Positions 20,335-31,348 of a DNA stretch of 64,000 bases are shown here, one piece after another. Below the pieces are notes generated by a model, which made no database searches, was not told the origin of the DNA, and was given only the letters and a program-made list of their open reading frames with translations. The stretch is taken from contig JAXLZV010000001.1 of NCBI GenBank assembly GCA_046350755.1, forward strand, positions 160,216 to 224,215, given 5' to 3'. How positions within the stretch are numbered: position 1 is the stretch's first letter; every line of letters starts with the position of its first letter. A program made the position numbers and the translations under genes. The DNA is from Candidatus Saccharimonadota bacterium. GTDB taxonomy: Bacteria > Patescibacteriota > Saccharimonadia > CAILAD01 > GCA-016700035.

Positions 20335-20343
20335 AGTGTGAGT

Positions 20344-22377
20344 TTAGTCGAGCGAAGTGACCGTTTTGAGACGATTTACTACTTCAAGCGTCTGTGGATA
20401 TTTTACAATGCTTTCGCTTGTTTGGAAAGCCGCCACCGCCTGCTGAGCCCTCTCTAAAGCCGGAGCATCGGTAATACGCGCAAAGCGTAGATCAAGCTCT
20501 CCTGATTGACGCAGTCCAAATCGCTGCCCGGGACCACGTGTTTCCAGGTCAAGTTGGGCTAGGCGAAAGCCATCAGTCGTACGCTCCATTGCCTGCACCC
20601 GCGCCGGAGCGTCCTTGGCGTCAGGACTCATAAAAAGATAACAGTAAGCTTGATGAGCGCTCCGGCCAACCCTACCACGCAACTGATGCAGACTTGCCAA
20701 GCCAAACCGTTCGGCCGACTCAACAATCATCACTGTCGCATTATCGGCGTGCACGCCGACTTCAATGACGGTCGTACTAATGAGAATATCTAGCTCACCA
20801 TTTACAAAGGCCTGCATCACCTCGGCTTTTTCATCACTCGACAGCTTGCCATGCATCAACCCGATGCGTCGATGGGCAAAAATTGTTCGACTTAATCGTT
20901 CATATTCAGCCTTGACGGCTTTTGAGCCTGAGATATCATTCTCATCAATCATCGGGCACACGATATAAGCTTGCTGCCCGGTAGTAATCAATTGATCGAT
21001 ATGCTTGTAGACTTTCGCGCGGTCATTTTCAGCAACCACTGTCGTCTTAATTGGCTTCCGGCCGGGTGGTAATTCGCGCAATATCGATATATCCAAATCA
21101 CCGTAAACCACCAATGCCAACGAGCGCGGAATCGGCGTCGCAGTCATCGTTAAGACATGCGGTAAACGACCAGCCTTATCTTTGAGCGCCAGTCGCTGCT
21201 GCACGCCAAAGCGATGTTGCTCGTCGACTACTACCAGCCCGAGACTGGCAAATTCGGTCCCCTTCGTCAGCAAAGCTTGCGTCCCAATAACCAGATCGAC
21301 CTTGCCGGCAGATACGTCCTCACGCACCGATCGCTTACGAGCCACCGGTAACCGACTAGTCAGGAGCTCAACCCGCACCTGCCAAGCTGCCAGCAAGTCA
21401 CGAAACGACTGTAAGTGCTGCTGCGCTAGTACTTCAGTCGGCACCATGACCGCCACTTGATGGCCGGCGCGAATGGACATCAGGGCTGCAAACGCCGCCA
21501 CTACCGTCTTACCGGAGCCTACGTCGCCCTCGAGCAGACGACTCATCGGATGATTGCGTCGCATATCAGCAAATATCTGCCAGGCCGCTGCTCGTTGCGA
21601 ATCGGTTAGCGTAAACGCTAACTTGGCCACAAAGTCTTTAGCCAGCGACTCGTCAAATACAATTGGTAAACCAGGTTCGGTCATCCACTGCTCGCGCAAG
21701 ACGCGACTAGCTAGCATATGTAAAAAAAGCTCAGTAAAGGCCATTCGCTCCCGAGCTCGCTCTAGTGAAGTGGTATCGGTGGGTTGATGGAGCGCTCGTA
21801 CGGCTTCCGAGCGCGGCATTAACTGTTCGCGCAGTCGCACCGGCTCAGGCAGCTCGTCAACCAACTCAGTAGCCACACCTAAACACTGCGAGATTAGTCC
21901 GCGCAACAGTTTTGAATGCACTTTGGCCGACTCTGGATAAATCGCCACGATTCGACCAGCTTTATCGGTTGCCTCTGGTTTCTCATAACTAGGCTGAATT
22001 ATCCCAAAGTGCCCGGCCGAGTATTTGAGTTCACCCACAAAAAAGTATTCTTCACCTTGCGTGAGCTGCTGAGCCACAAAGGGCGAATTAAACCAAGTCA
22101 GCTTCAGGGAGCCGGTCTCATCGGTCACGATCACCTCAGTAATCATCATCCGCCGTCGCCGTTGGGCCGGACGCGAGCTGATATGGTCAACTTTGGCCTT
22201 TAAGCTGACAGGGCCAGGGCGTAACTGAGCGATCGGCTTGACTTGCGAATAATCTTCATAGCGTCGTGGGAAATAGTTCAGCAGATCACCAACCGTCTCG
22301 AGACCGAGTTTTTTCAGTTCAGCACGTAAGACCTCTCCGACTCCCGTGAGCCGTGCCAGCTGAGTCCCTAAATGCAT
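20344..22377 (-). CDS. recG: ATP-dependent DNA helicase RecG
   Basis: GDVGSGKT, DEQHRFG, MTATPIPRS, LHQLRGRVGR. Confidence 0.97.
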   Translation of the reverse strand: MHLGTQLARLTGVGEVLRAELKKLGLETVGDLLNYFPRRYEDYSQVKPIAQLRPGPVSLKAKVDHISSRPAQRRRRMMITEVIVTDETGSLKLTWFNSPFVAQQLTQGEEYFFVGELKYSAGHFGIIQPSYEKPEATDKAGRIVAIYPESAKVHSKLLRGLISQCLGVATELVDELPEPVRLREQLMPRSEAVRALHQPTDTTSLERARERMAFTELFLHMLASRVLREQWMTEPGLPIVFDESLAKDFVAKLAFTLTDSQRAAAWQIFADMRRNHPMSRLLEGDVGSGKTVVAAFAALMSIRAGHQVAVMVPTEVLAQQHLQSFRDLLAAWQVRVELLTSRLPVARKRSVREDVSAGKVDLVIGTQALLTKGTEFASLGLVVVDEQHRFGVQQRLALKDKAGRLPHVLTMTATPIPRSLALVVYGDLDISILRELPPGRKPIKTTVVAENDRAKVYKHIDQLITTGQQAYIVCPMIDENDISGSKAVKAEYERLSRTIFAHRRIGLMHGKLSSDEKAEVMQAFVNGELDILISTTVIEVGVHADNATVMIVESAERFGLASLHQLRGRVGRSAHQAYCYLFMSPDAKDAPARVQAMERTTDGFRLAQLDLETRGPGQRFGLRQSGELDLRFARITDAPALERAQQAVAAFQTSESIVKYPQTLEVVNRLKTVTSLD

Positions 22378-22378
22378 C

Positions 22379-23566
22379 TTAGACCTGTACTTTGATATAT
22401 CGCCGTTTGCCCAATTGAGCAATTTGACCGGATCGCAAGCGAATCGTATCCAGCGATTCGACTACCTCACCGTCAATCCGCACGCCACCCTGTTCGAGTA
22501 ACCGACGAACCTCCGACTTGGTAACGCCAAACGCGTTCGCCAGCAGACCGACGACATCTGCGAGCTCCTTATCGTCGGCTCGATAGACCGGAATATCGTC
22601 AGGCATGCCGCCATCGCGGAACTGTTTCTCCCAAGCTTCTTCGGCCGCCCGGGCCACCTTTTCGCCATGGTATCGAGCGACGATCTCACGTGCCAAGCTT
22701 GCCTTCGTATCGCGCGGGTTGGCCCCGCGAGCCATATCGCCTTCGACTGACTCGATTACGTCCATCGGTACAGCGGTTGCTAAGCGGTAGTATTCCGGGA
22801 TCAGTTCGTCATCAATCGCCATCAGCTTGCCGTACATCTCGACCGGCGCATCAGTCACGAAAACACAGTTTGGTTGTGTTTTACTCATCTTCCGGCCATC
22901 GGTACCAACCAAGAGTTGTGTCACCAGCACGGCCTGAGGCTTTTGGCCAGCACGTTTTTGGAGCGTCCGACCGGCCATCATATTGAAGAGTTGATCATTC
23001 CCACCCAATTCCACATCGGCATGCAGCGCCACCGAGTCATAACCTTGCATGACAGGATAGAGAAATTCCTGCAAGCCGACTGGCTTGCCAGCTTCGTAGC
23101 GTAAGCGGAAGTTATCACGCTCCAGCATCTGCGCAACCTTAAATTCGCTAGCTAGCTCGATAATGTCGATAAATTCCAACTTCTTCAGCCACTCCGAGTT
23201 ATAGCGAATTTCAGCCTTCTCTAGATCAATAATCTGACCAATCTGTTTCAGATAGCTCTTCATGTGCTGACGGACAGTGTCGGCCTTCAACTGCGACCGC
23301 TCAGCGTCCTTATCAGAGGTATCGCCAATCATGGCAGTATAATCACCGATCAAGATAATTACCTCGTGCCCAAGCTCCTGAAAGGCGCGTAACTTCCAGT
23401 ACACCACGGCGTGCCCGATGTGAATCTTGTCACCAGTCGGATCAATACCAAACTTAACCCGTAGTTTTTTACCACTTTTCAGCGCTTTCTCAAGCTCTTC
23501 ACGGACAATAACATCCTCAACGCCTCGCGTGAGAAGTTCTGCCAGCTGTTGTTCTCGCTTTGTCAT
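22379..23566 (-). CDS. tyrS: Tyrosine-tRNA ligase
   Basis: HIGH, KMSKT, YPVMQGYD, C-terminal S4 domain. Confidence 0.97.
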   Translation of the reverse strand: MTKREQQLAELLTRGVEDVIVREELEKALKSGKKLRVKFGIDPTGDKIHIGHAVVYWKLRAFQELGHEVIILIGDYTAMIGDTSDKDAERSQLKADTVRQHMKSYLKQIGQIIDLEKAEIRYNSEWLKKLEFIDIIELASEFKVAQMLERDNFRLRYEAGKPVGLQEFLYPVMQGYDSVALHADVELGGNDQLFNMMAGRTLQKRAGQKPQAVLVTQLLVGTDGRKMSKTQPNCVFVTDAPVEMYGKLMAIDDELIPEYYRLATAVPMDVIESVEGDMARGANPRDTKASLAREIVARYHGEKVARAAEEAWEKQFRDGGMPDDIPVYRADDKELADVVGLLANAFGVTKSEVRRLLEQGGVRIDGEVVESLDTIRLRSGQIAQLGKRRYIKVQV

Positions 23567-23660
23567 AACCTGATTTTACCAGAGAGACCGGCTTGCCGCC
23601 AAAAACCAGCCAAAGATATAAATATTCCCAACTTATTGATATAATAGGAACTATAAATTT

Positions 23661-26357
23661 ATGGCAAAACGAACTGCCAAAAGCCGAGCTCGACGCGTCG
23701 TCCACCGCGGATCCAATACGCATCCCGAAGCGGCCAAGCTATCCACCTCTTCTCGTCCTAAGGGGTGGGATCGTTTACGTCCGAAAAATATCTGGGCCGC
23801 TATCTCTTCCAAGAAGGGCCGACGGATTATCGCTGGCACCGCCGCTGGTATCTTTCTTGCTATCTTGGCACTTTTCCTCTGGATAGCCAAAGATCTACCC
23901 AGCCCAAATAAGATCAACTCCAAGATCTCGGCCCAAACCACTAAGCTCTATGATCGCACTGGGCAAACCGTTCTGGTAGAAATCTATGGCGATAAAAATC
24001 GGTCGGTTGTCGAGCTTGATCAAGTCGCGCCAGATTGTCGTAATGCGACAATTGCTCTCGAGGATAAGAATTTCTATAAGCAAGGTGCCTTTTCTGTTTC
24101 CGGCATTGGCCGCGCCTTTTCGGGTATTATCTTTCGCGACCCATCTCGAGGTGGTGGGTCAACGATCACCCAGCAGTACGTGAAGAATGCCTTTTTAACG
24201 AGCGAGCGCACGCCGACCCGCAAGCTCAAAGAGCTGATTCTGGCGATTCAGATCGAGCTGCTCTACAAAAAGGATGATATTCTCAAGCTCTACCTCAATG
24301 AAATCCCCTACGGCTCAACCGCTTATGGTATTCAAGCCGCCTCTAAGACCTATTTTGATAAAAACGCAAAAGACCTGACGCTCGCGGAATGCACGACCTT
24401 AGCCGCCCTACCTCAAGCTCCTAGCTACTACAATAAAAATCGTGAAGCTTTGGCCGCTCGCCAAGCCGTCGCTCTCGACTATATGGTGGAGCAAGGCTAC
24501 GCCACAAAAGAACAGGCTGAGGCCGCGAAAACAGAGAACGCAATTGCTAAGATGCAGACCAATAACTTTGCCGCCAATGTGACCGCGCCCCATTTTGTGC
24601 AATACGTGCGCGATCAGCTAGAAGAAAAATATGGCGTCAAGCGCGTCAACGAAGGTGGCCTGAAGGTTATCACCACGCTCGACATCAATAAGCAACAAAT
24701 TGCCGAAGATGTCGTCAAAAAGAACATTGCCGGAGTACGCAAATACGGCGGTAGTAATGCCGCGCTGGTCTCAGAAGATGTTGCCACCGGCGAAATGCTG
24801 TCGATGGTCGGTAGCTACGACTACAATGACCCAACGGTCGGAAACTTCAACGTCGCGGCTGCAAACCGACAACCCGGTTCGAGTTTTAAGCCCATCGTCT
24901 ATGCTTCATTGTTTAAGGGGAATTGGGGGCCCGGCTCAACAATGTATGACGTTAAAACCGACTTTGGTGGCGGCTACACACCTAAGAACTACACCGGGCG
25001 TTTCTACGGTGTCCAATCTGTGCGTACGGCTCTAGCCAGCTCACTCAACATCCCGGCCGTGAAAGCGCTGTATATCGCCGGTATCGGCAACACCATTCAG
25101 ACTGCCAACGATCTCGGTATCAGTACGTTCACAAAGGAAGACCAGAGCCGCCTCGGCCTTTCGATGGCCCTAGGTGCTGGCGAGGTCAAGCTAACCGAAA
25201 TGGTCAATGCATTTTCAGCCTTCCCGGCTGGTGGCGACATTCGTAAACAGGTCACCATTCTGTCTGTGACTGACTCAACCGGCAAAGTAATCGAAAAGAA
25301 CACGCCTGACACCAATAAGCCAAAACAAGTCCTTGATCCCCAGGTCTCATACGAGATAAATTCCATTCTCTCTGATAACCAGGCTCGCTGTTCGCTTGGC
25401 GTCTTTACATGCAATAACCCACTGACCCTCAAGGGCAAAACAGTCGCCGCCAAAACCGGAACCACCGAAGACTATAAAGACGCCTGGACTATGGGCTACA
25501 CTACAAAAACCGTCACGGGAGTATGGGCCGGTAACAACAATAACAAGCCAATGACGCAAGCGGCGTCAATCGTATCGGCCCCGATCTGGCAAGACTATAT
25601 GTCTCAAGTCACTGCAACCGAACCAAATGAACAGTTCGCCAAACCCAGCGGGATCAAGCAGGCCACCCTTGACGCCGACACTGGTAAGCTGCCAAACGCT
25701 GGCACAAAGAAGCAGCGAACCGACATTTTTGCGGCCTGGTATAAGCCCGTCCCCGCCCCTGCCAGTGCCTCCGGCAAGATCAATAAGCTCGACGGCAAAC
25801 TCGCGACCGAATGTACGCCAGCCGATGCCCTCCAAGACGTGACAGCTAATGCTATCACCGCTGAAATTCCTTCGACCGATATCTCCTACCCTCGTTGGCA
25901 ACCACCAGTCGCCGCACTGGCCAGTAGCTTGGGTTTAGCTTCGGGGGCGGGGATCCCAACCGAGAAGAGTACGATGCACAACTGCAGCGATGTGAAGCCG
26001 ACAGTGACGATATCAGTGACACCAAGCAGTGGCGCAAATTTTATCGTCAGCAGTATCGTGACCAGCGGGACTAACCCCGCCACCAAACTCGTTTACTACG
26101 CCAATGATCAAGAACTCACCAGCCAGCAGATTGGTGGTAGTGGCGTCTTCCCACTGGCGATCAAGCCCGGTATCGAAGGCCCGATTAAGATCCAAGTCAA
26201 AGTCGTCGACTCCGTACTCTACACCGGCTCTTCAAATGTTGAAACTGTTATCGGTACCGCAGCGACCGTCGGCCTGAATAGTTATCAGGGCCAGCCTGCA
26301 GCGGTGGTAGCCACAGTCAGCGACCGCGTTAATCGATTCCTCCGTAGCCTTCAATAA
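23661..26357 (+). CDS. Class A penicillin-binding protein (PBP1A family)
   Basis: TM, EDKNF, GGSTITQQYVKN, RKLKE, SSFK, SLN, KTG; C-terminal beta-rich extension. Confidence 0.95.
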   Translation: MAKRTAKSRARRVVHRGSNTHPEAAKLSTSSRPKGWDRLRPKNIWAAISSKKGRRIIAGTAAGIFLAILALFLWIAKDLPSPNKINSKISAQTTKLYDRTGQTVLVEIYGDKNRSVVELDQVAPDCRNATIALEDKNFYKQGAFSVSGIGRAFSGIIFRDPSRGGGSTITQQYVKNAFLTSERTPTRKLKELILAIQIELLYKKDDILKLYLNEIPYGSTAYGIQAASKTYFDKNAKDLTLAECTTLAALPQAPSYYNKNREALAARQAVALDYMVEQGYATKEQAEAAKTENAIAKMQTNNFAANVTAPHFVQYVRDQLEEKYGVKRVNEGGLKVITTLDINKQQIAEDVVKKNIAGVRKYGGSNAALVSEDVATGEMLSMVGSYDYNDPTVGNFNVAAANRQPGSSFKPIVYASLFKGNWGPGSTMYDVKTDFGGGYTPKNYTGRFYGVQSVRTALASSLNIPAVKALYIAGIGNTIQTANDLGISTFTKEDQSRLGLSMALGAGEVKLTEMVNAFSAFPAGGDIRKQVTILSVTDSTGKVIEKNTPDTNKPKQVLDPQVSYEINSILSDNQARCSLGVFTCNNPLTLKGKTVAAKTGTTEDYKDAWTMGYTTKTVTGVWAGNNNNKPMTQAASIVSAPIWQDYMSQVTATEPNEQFAKPSGIKQATLDADTGKLPNAGTKKQRTDIFAAWYKPVPAPASASGKINKLDGKLATECTPADALQDVTANAITAEIPSTDISYPRWQPPVAALASSLGLASGAGIPTEKSTMHNCSDVKPTVTISVTPSSGANFIVSSIVTSGTNPATKLVYYANDQELTSQQIGGSGVFPLAIKPGIEGPIKIQVKVVDSVLYTGSSNVETVIGTAATVGLNSYQGQPAAVVATVSDRVNRFLRSLQ

Positions 26358-26402
26358 AATACTAGCTGCGAGCAGTCCAAGCAGCTAGCGATGAACTACA
26401 CC

Positions 26403-27395
26403 TTAAGCGCTTTTTGTGGCACGACCGGCTTTACTGCGAGAACCAGAGCTATTTTTCGTCGCCGATGAGGTTGGCTGTTTGGGGGCCGCAAAAATCATCT
26501 TTCCAGCCACCGTCTGAAAGATGCGCGTTACTTCTGTGGCGACTTCTCGACCAATCAATTTATCACCGCCCTCTACCACAATCATCGTGCCGTCCTCTAG
26601 GTAGCCAACCCCCTGATTCTTCTCTTTACCAGGCTGAACAACCTTCACTACCATCTCTTCACCCGGCAATACCACCGCTCGAATCGCCTGAGAGAGCTCA
26701 TTAATATTCAGTACTCGCACCGATTCGATGGTTGCGACTCGGTTCAAGTTATAGTCGGTTGTTAAGATATCAGTCTTGAACTTCTTGGCGAGATACACCA
26801 GCTTGTGATCGACTTCCTTTACTTTCTCTGGATTGTCTTCGACGATATCGATCTCAACCGCTTCATTCTTACGTAAACTATTCAGCATCTCCAAGCCACG
26901 TCGCCCGCGACTGCGTCGCATGGCATCCTCAGAGTCGGCGATATTCTGTAACTCAGCCAAGACAAAACGTGGCACGAGAAGCTTCCCTGGCACGAAGCCA
27001 GTGGCCGCAATATCGGCGATCCGACCATCGATAATCGCGGAGGTGTCGACCAAGATTTGATTCTTCTTAGCGGCTGGAGTGCTAGCCTTCTTCGTCGATG
27101 CGGCATCGCCAGCCAAACGCGGAAAGAGATTACTCACGAATTTATGTTGCTGATAAAAAACTTCCGCCATAGCAATCGCAGCCATCAGGGTGATCGTGAT
27201 TGGCAGGATGGTTTTGTAAGGATCTGGTAGATTACTGATGGGAATCGAAATCAGTACGCCAGCCAAGGCGCCAAAGACAAAACCAATCGTCGTGAGCAAG
27301 AGTTTTTGAAAATTTAAACGCATCAAGCGCAGAGCGATATAGCAGACGACGAGGACTGCGATCGCTACGATCGGAATGATAAATGAGTATGGCAC
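26403..27395 (-). CDS. Membrane PIN/TRAM-domain protein (YacL-like)
   Basis: N-terminal TMs, DTSAIIDGRI, TTDYNL, GVGYLEDGTMIVVE. Confidence 0.9.
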   Translation of the reverse strand: MPYSFIIPIVAIAVLVVCYIALRLMRLNFQKLLLTTIGFVFGALAGVLISIPISNLPDPYKTILPITITLMAAIAMAEVFYQQHKFVSNLFPRLAGDAASTKKASTPAAKKNQILVDTSAIIDGRIADIAATGFVPGKLLVPRFVLAELQNIADSEDAMRRSRGRRGLEMLNSLRKNEAVEIDIVEDNPEKVKEVDHKLVYLAKKFKTDILTTDYNLNRVATIESVRVLNINELSQAIRAVVLPGEEMVVKVVQPGKEKNQGVGYLEDGTMIVVEGGDKLIGREVATEVTRIFQTVAGKMIFAAPKQPTSSATKNSSGSRSKAGRATKSA

Positions 27396-28750
27396 TAAGT
27401 ATTTCCTTTCTTCCGAGATGATGAGCTCTTAATCTTAGTGAGGGCTGTAGCAATGTCGGTAATACCAACAACACCAGACTGCTTTAAAGCAGCTGGGGCT
27501 AGGATGTGATGAAACCCTAGCTTGCGCGCCTCACGCGCTCTCGCGTCCATGAGCTGGACGGAACGAATTTCACCGGCAAGCCCGACTTCACCAAAGCTGG
27601 CGAGTGACCCTGGGATGGTCGTCCCATAATAGGCCGAGGCAATTGCCAAAATAAGTGCGAGATCAATAGCTGGCTCGGTAATCTTTAAGCCACCTACAAT
27701 GCTAACATAGATGTCCTGATCAGATAAAGGCAGGCCGGCCCGCTTCGTGAGGACGGCAGCTAAGAGGCTCAAGCGATTTTGGTCGACACCCACGGCGGCC
27801 CGCTTCGGATAGCTCAATACTGAGGGAGAGACTAGCGCCTGAACTTCGACCATCAGCGGACGTGTACCCTCGAGAGCTACAAACACCGCGCTACCCGGCA
27901 ACTCGCGCCTCTCGGCTAATAATATTTTTGATGGATTCTCAACCTGTTTAAAACCTCGCTCACCCATCTCCAACAGAGCCACATCACTGGTCGCGCCGAA
28001 GCGATTCTTACTGGCCTTCACCACTCGCAAACTACCATACTGATCACCTTCCATCGACAGCACGACGTCGACCAAGTGTTCGAGGAGTTTTGGCCCCGCC
28101 AGTGTGCCTTCTTTGGTGACATGCCCAATAATGATACAGGCAGTATGAGTCGACTTGGCAGCCGCCATAAGCTGGTTGACTATGGTCGTAATCTGACTAG
28201 GACTGCCAGGAGCCGATGGCAACTCTGGCGCACTCAGCGTTTGAATCGAATCAATTATCGCTAAATCATAACCACCCGTCTGAATCATATCAGCCGCATC
28301 AGCCGCCGAAGTCGTCGGCATGAGCTCCAGCCCGGTGGCCGCCACGCTCATGCGATCGGCCCGCAGTTTGATTTGACGGGCTGACTCTTCTCCAGAGACA
28401 TACAATACCTTGCCTTTAGCTGCAATCGTACTAGCTACCTGCAAGACAAGCGTCGATTTACCAACTCCCGGATCACCCGACAGCAGAACCAACGAACCTG
28501 GCACCACGCCATCACCGAGCACCCGATCAAGTTCGCTCACACCAGTCGTGAAGCGCGTCAACGATTCTTGCTCGACATCCGCTAAAGCAATTGGCTTGAC
28601 CACGGCACTACCGCGCCGACCGGCGGCGGTCGGAGCTGACCGCTGCTCGATAAAGCTATCCCAGCTACCACACTGCGTGCAGCGGCCGGCCCACTTGGAA
28701 GATGTGGCGCCGCAGGTTTGGCAGACATATTGAGTTGTTGACTTAGCCAT
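27395..28750 (-). CDS. radA: DNA repair protein RadA/Sms
   Basis: C4 Zn finger, GDPGVGKS, KNRFG, Lon-like C-terminus. Confidence 0.96.
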   Translation of the reverse strand: MAKSTTQYVCQTCGATSSKWAGRCTQCGSWDSFIEQRSAPTAAGRRGSAVVKPIALADVEQESLTRFTTGVSELDRVLGDGVVPGSLVLLSGDPGVGKSTLVLQVASTIAAKGKVLYVSGEESARQIKLRADRMSVAATGLELMPTTSAADAADMIQTGGYDLAIIDSIQTLSAPELPSAPGSPSQITTIVNQLMAAAKSTHTACIIIGHVTKEGTLAGPKLLEHLVDVVLSMEGDQYGSLRVVKASKNRFGATSDVALLEMGERGFKQVENPSKILLAERRELPGSAVFVALEGTRPLMVEVQALVSPSVLSYPKRAAVGVDQNRLSLLAAVLTKRAGLPLSDQDIYVSIVGGLKITEPAIDLALILAIASAYYGTTIPGSLASFGEVGLAGEIRSVQLMDARAREARKLGFHHILAPAALKQSGVVGITDIATALTKIKSSSSRKKGNT

Positions 28751-28807
28751 ATACCCCTATTCTACCTGAAACTCGGGCAGATTTGTACGGCTTTTATTCG
28801 TAGTAAC

Positions 28808-31288
28808 CTACTTCACGCTGGCAACGCGATTACTAACCTCTAGCTTTACTTCGCCCTTGATAGCTTTCACGGTTACCACATCCCCCTCAACGATATATTC
28901 ATGTAGGAGCGCTTCGGCAAGCGGATCCTCCACGAGTGTTTGGATAGCTCGACGCATTGGCCGCGCGCCGTTATTTACGTCGTACCCCTTCTTTATCAGC
29001 AGGGCCTTCAAGCTCGGGGCGAATTTCAGTACCACGTCTTTTTCGCGCAGTCGCTTACCGAGATCCTTGAGCTGCAGATCGATAATCGAGCGAACATCTA
29101 TCTTTGAAAGAGCCTTAAAGATCACGATATGATCGACTCGGTTTAAGAATTCTGGACGGAAAGTGCGCTTAAGCTCCTGCTGAATGGTGCTCTTAGTGGC
29201 AATATGCAGTCGTTCGAGTTCTTTTTGCTCATCGGCAGTATCGGTTGTAAAGCCAATTTTTGCCTCTTGGTAGAGCGATTTAGCCCCAACATTACTAGTC
29301 ATAATGATGATAGTATTACGAAAATCAATCGCTCGACCTTTCGCATCGGTCAGCTGCCCATCTTCGAGGATCTGCAACAGCATATTGAAGACGTCCGGGT
29401 GAGCCTTTTCGATCTCGTCAAACAAAATCAGGCTGTATGGACGACGGCGAACTTGCTCAGTCAGCTGGCCGGCATCTTCGTAACCGACATAACCAGCCGG
29501 CGCCCCAACCAGGCGGGACACGTTGTGCCGCTCCATAAACTCAGACATATCGACCTTAATCAGTGCATCTTTATCATGAAAAACTTCTTGCGCCAGCACG
29601 CGGGCTAGTTCAGTCTTGCCAACTCCGGTAGGCCCGAGAAAAATGAATGAGCCAATCGGCCGATCGGCGTGCGCAATGCCGGTACGGCTGCGACGAATCG
29701 CCTTTGCAATCGACTCAACTGCTTCATCTTGCCCAATAACGTGACGCTTCATGGTTTTATCAAGCCGCTTGAGCTGCTCAGTCTCAATCTTTACCAGACG
29801 GGTCAACGGTATGCCGGTAGTCTGCGAGATAACCCGAGCGATTTGCTCCTGATCAACGGTAATCAGCTTACGTGAGGTATCGACCTTTTCTTGAGCCGCA
29901 ATCTTCTCCTCGAGGACACTAGCCTCCGCTTTCAAACGGGCGGCGTATTCAAAGTCTTGATTGTAAACTGCCTCTTCGATCTGTTCGTTAACATCCTCGA
30001 GTCGTACTTGTAATACCTTTAATTTCTTGGAAGTACCACCCCGTTCAATCCGAGCTAGCGAGGCAGCTTCGTCAATCAGGTCAATCGCTTTATCCGGCAA
30101 GAATCGATCCGAGATATACCGCTTGGCAAGCTTAGCTGCCTCCTCAATCGCCTCGTCGGTAATCACGACTTGATGGTGATCTTCGTAGCGAGACTTGAGA
30201 CCCTTGAGCACCTCAATCGTCTCATCGACCGTCGCTTCTGGCACAATCACCGGCTGGAAACGACGCTCCAGGGCGGCATCTTTTTCGATATGCTTACGAT
30301 ATTCGTCCAGCGTAGTAGCGCCGATAACCTGCACCATTCCCCGCGATAGAGCGGGTTTCAAAATATTGGCTGCATCGATAGCTCCCTCAGCCGAGCCAGC
30401 GCCCACGACGGTATGAAGCTCATCGATAAAGAGAATGATATCTTTATTATCAGTTACCTCTTCGATCAGCTTTTTCAAGCGTTCTTCGAATTCACCACGA
30501 TACTTCGTACCGGCGATAACGGTCGCCATATCCAGCATCACAATACGCTTACCATGCAGCACATCGGGCACTTCTTCATTGATTATTCTTTCCGCCAAAC
30601 CTTCAACAATCGCCGTCTTGCCCACACCCGGCTCACCGATGAGGACAGGGTTATTTTTCTGACGACGATTCAGAATCGAAATCATCCGATCAAGCTGCAC
30701 CTTACGACCAACCATCGGATCGAGCTCGCCAGCTTTGGCTTTTTCGGTCAGATCGATGCCAAAGTGGTCAAGAGCCGGTGTATCGCTATCTCGATTCTTG
30801 CGCCGGCCTGCTCGCTTGTCGTTATCACCATAGACTGGTGTCTGAGCATTTAAATATTGTTCGAGTTCAGAGCGAACATTATTTGGATTAACAGAAATCT
30901 CCCGCAACAATACATTCGCGCGCGCATTCTTCTGCGTCAGAATCGCGTAGAGTAAGTGCTCCGTTCCCGCATACGGCTGGCCGAATTCTTGCGCGATGCG
31001 TAAGGATAGGGCGATGGTTTTTTTGGCAGTCTGTGAGAGAGACTGCAGAGTATGCGTCGACACGACACCAGTTGGCGCCAGGGTCAGCTCAAGTTTATCA
31101 AGCGTTACACCTGACTGAGCCAGGATCTTTGAGCCGATCGAACCCTGGGTCTTGAGAACTCCAAGTAGCAGATGCTCAGTACCGACATAGACCGAGCCGA
31201 GCCCGGCAGCAATCATACTGGCATGCTCAAGACTGCGTTTAGCATTCTCAGTGAAACGGTCAAATTGTGGGGGCAGATTCTGATCCAT
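28808..31288 (-). CDS. clpC: ATP-dependent Clp protease ATP-binding subunit ClpC
   Basis: Clp-N repeats, KYRGEFE, UVR-like middle domain, GYVGY, IGF loop. Confidence 0.95.
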   Translation of the reverse strand: MDQNLPPQFDRFTENAKRSLEHASMIAAGLGSVYVGTEHLLLGVLKTQGSIGSKILAQSGVTLDKLELTLAPTGVVSTHTLQSLSQTAKKTIALSLRIAQEFGQPYAGTEHLLYAILTQKNARANVLLREISVNPNNVRSELEQYLNAQTPVYGDNDKRAGRRKNRDSDTPALDHFGIDLTEKAKAGELDPMVGRKVQLDRMISILNRRQKNNPVLIGEPGVGKTAIVEGLAERIINEEVPDVLHGKRIVMLDMATVIAGTKYRGEFEERLKKLIEEVTDNKDIILFIDELHTVVGAGSAEGAIDAANILKPALSRGMVQVIGATTLDEYRKHIEKDAALERRFQPVIVPEATVDETIEVLKGLKSRYEDHHQVVITDEAIEEAAKLAKRYISDRFLPDKAIDLIDEAASLARIERGGTSKKLKVLQVRLEDVNEQIEEAVYNQDFEYAARLKAEASVLEEKIAAQEKVDTSRKLITVDQEQIARVISQTTGIPLTRLVKIETEQLKRLDKTMKRHVIGQDEAVESIAKAIRRSRTGIAHADRPIGSFIFLGPTGVGKTELARVLAQEVFHDKDALIKVDMSEFMERHNVSRLVGAPAGYVGYEDAGQLTEQVRRRPYSLILFDEIEKAHPDVFNMLLQILEDGQLTDAKGRAIDFRNTIIIMTSNVGAKSLYQEAKIGFTTDTADEQKELERLHIATKSTIQQELKRTFRPEFLNRVDHIVIFKALSKIDVRSIIDLQLKDLGKRLREKDVVLKFAPSLKALLIKKGYDVNNGARPMRRAIQTLVEDPLAEALLHEYIVEGDVVTVKAIKGEVKLEVSNRVASVK

Positions 31289-31348
31289 AATGACCTCCTT
31301 TTCCTCTTATGGTAAGCCCATACTGTCGACGATTAGCCGACGTAGGTA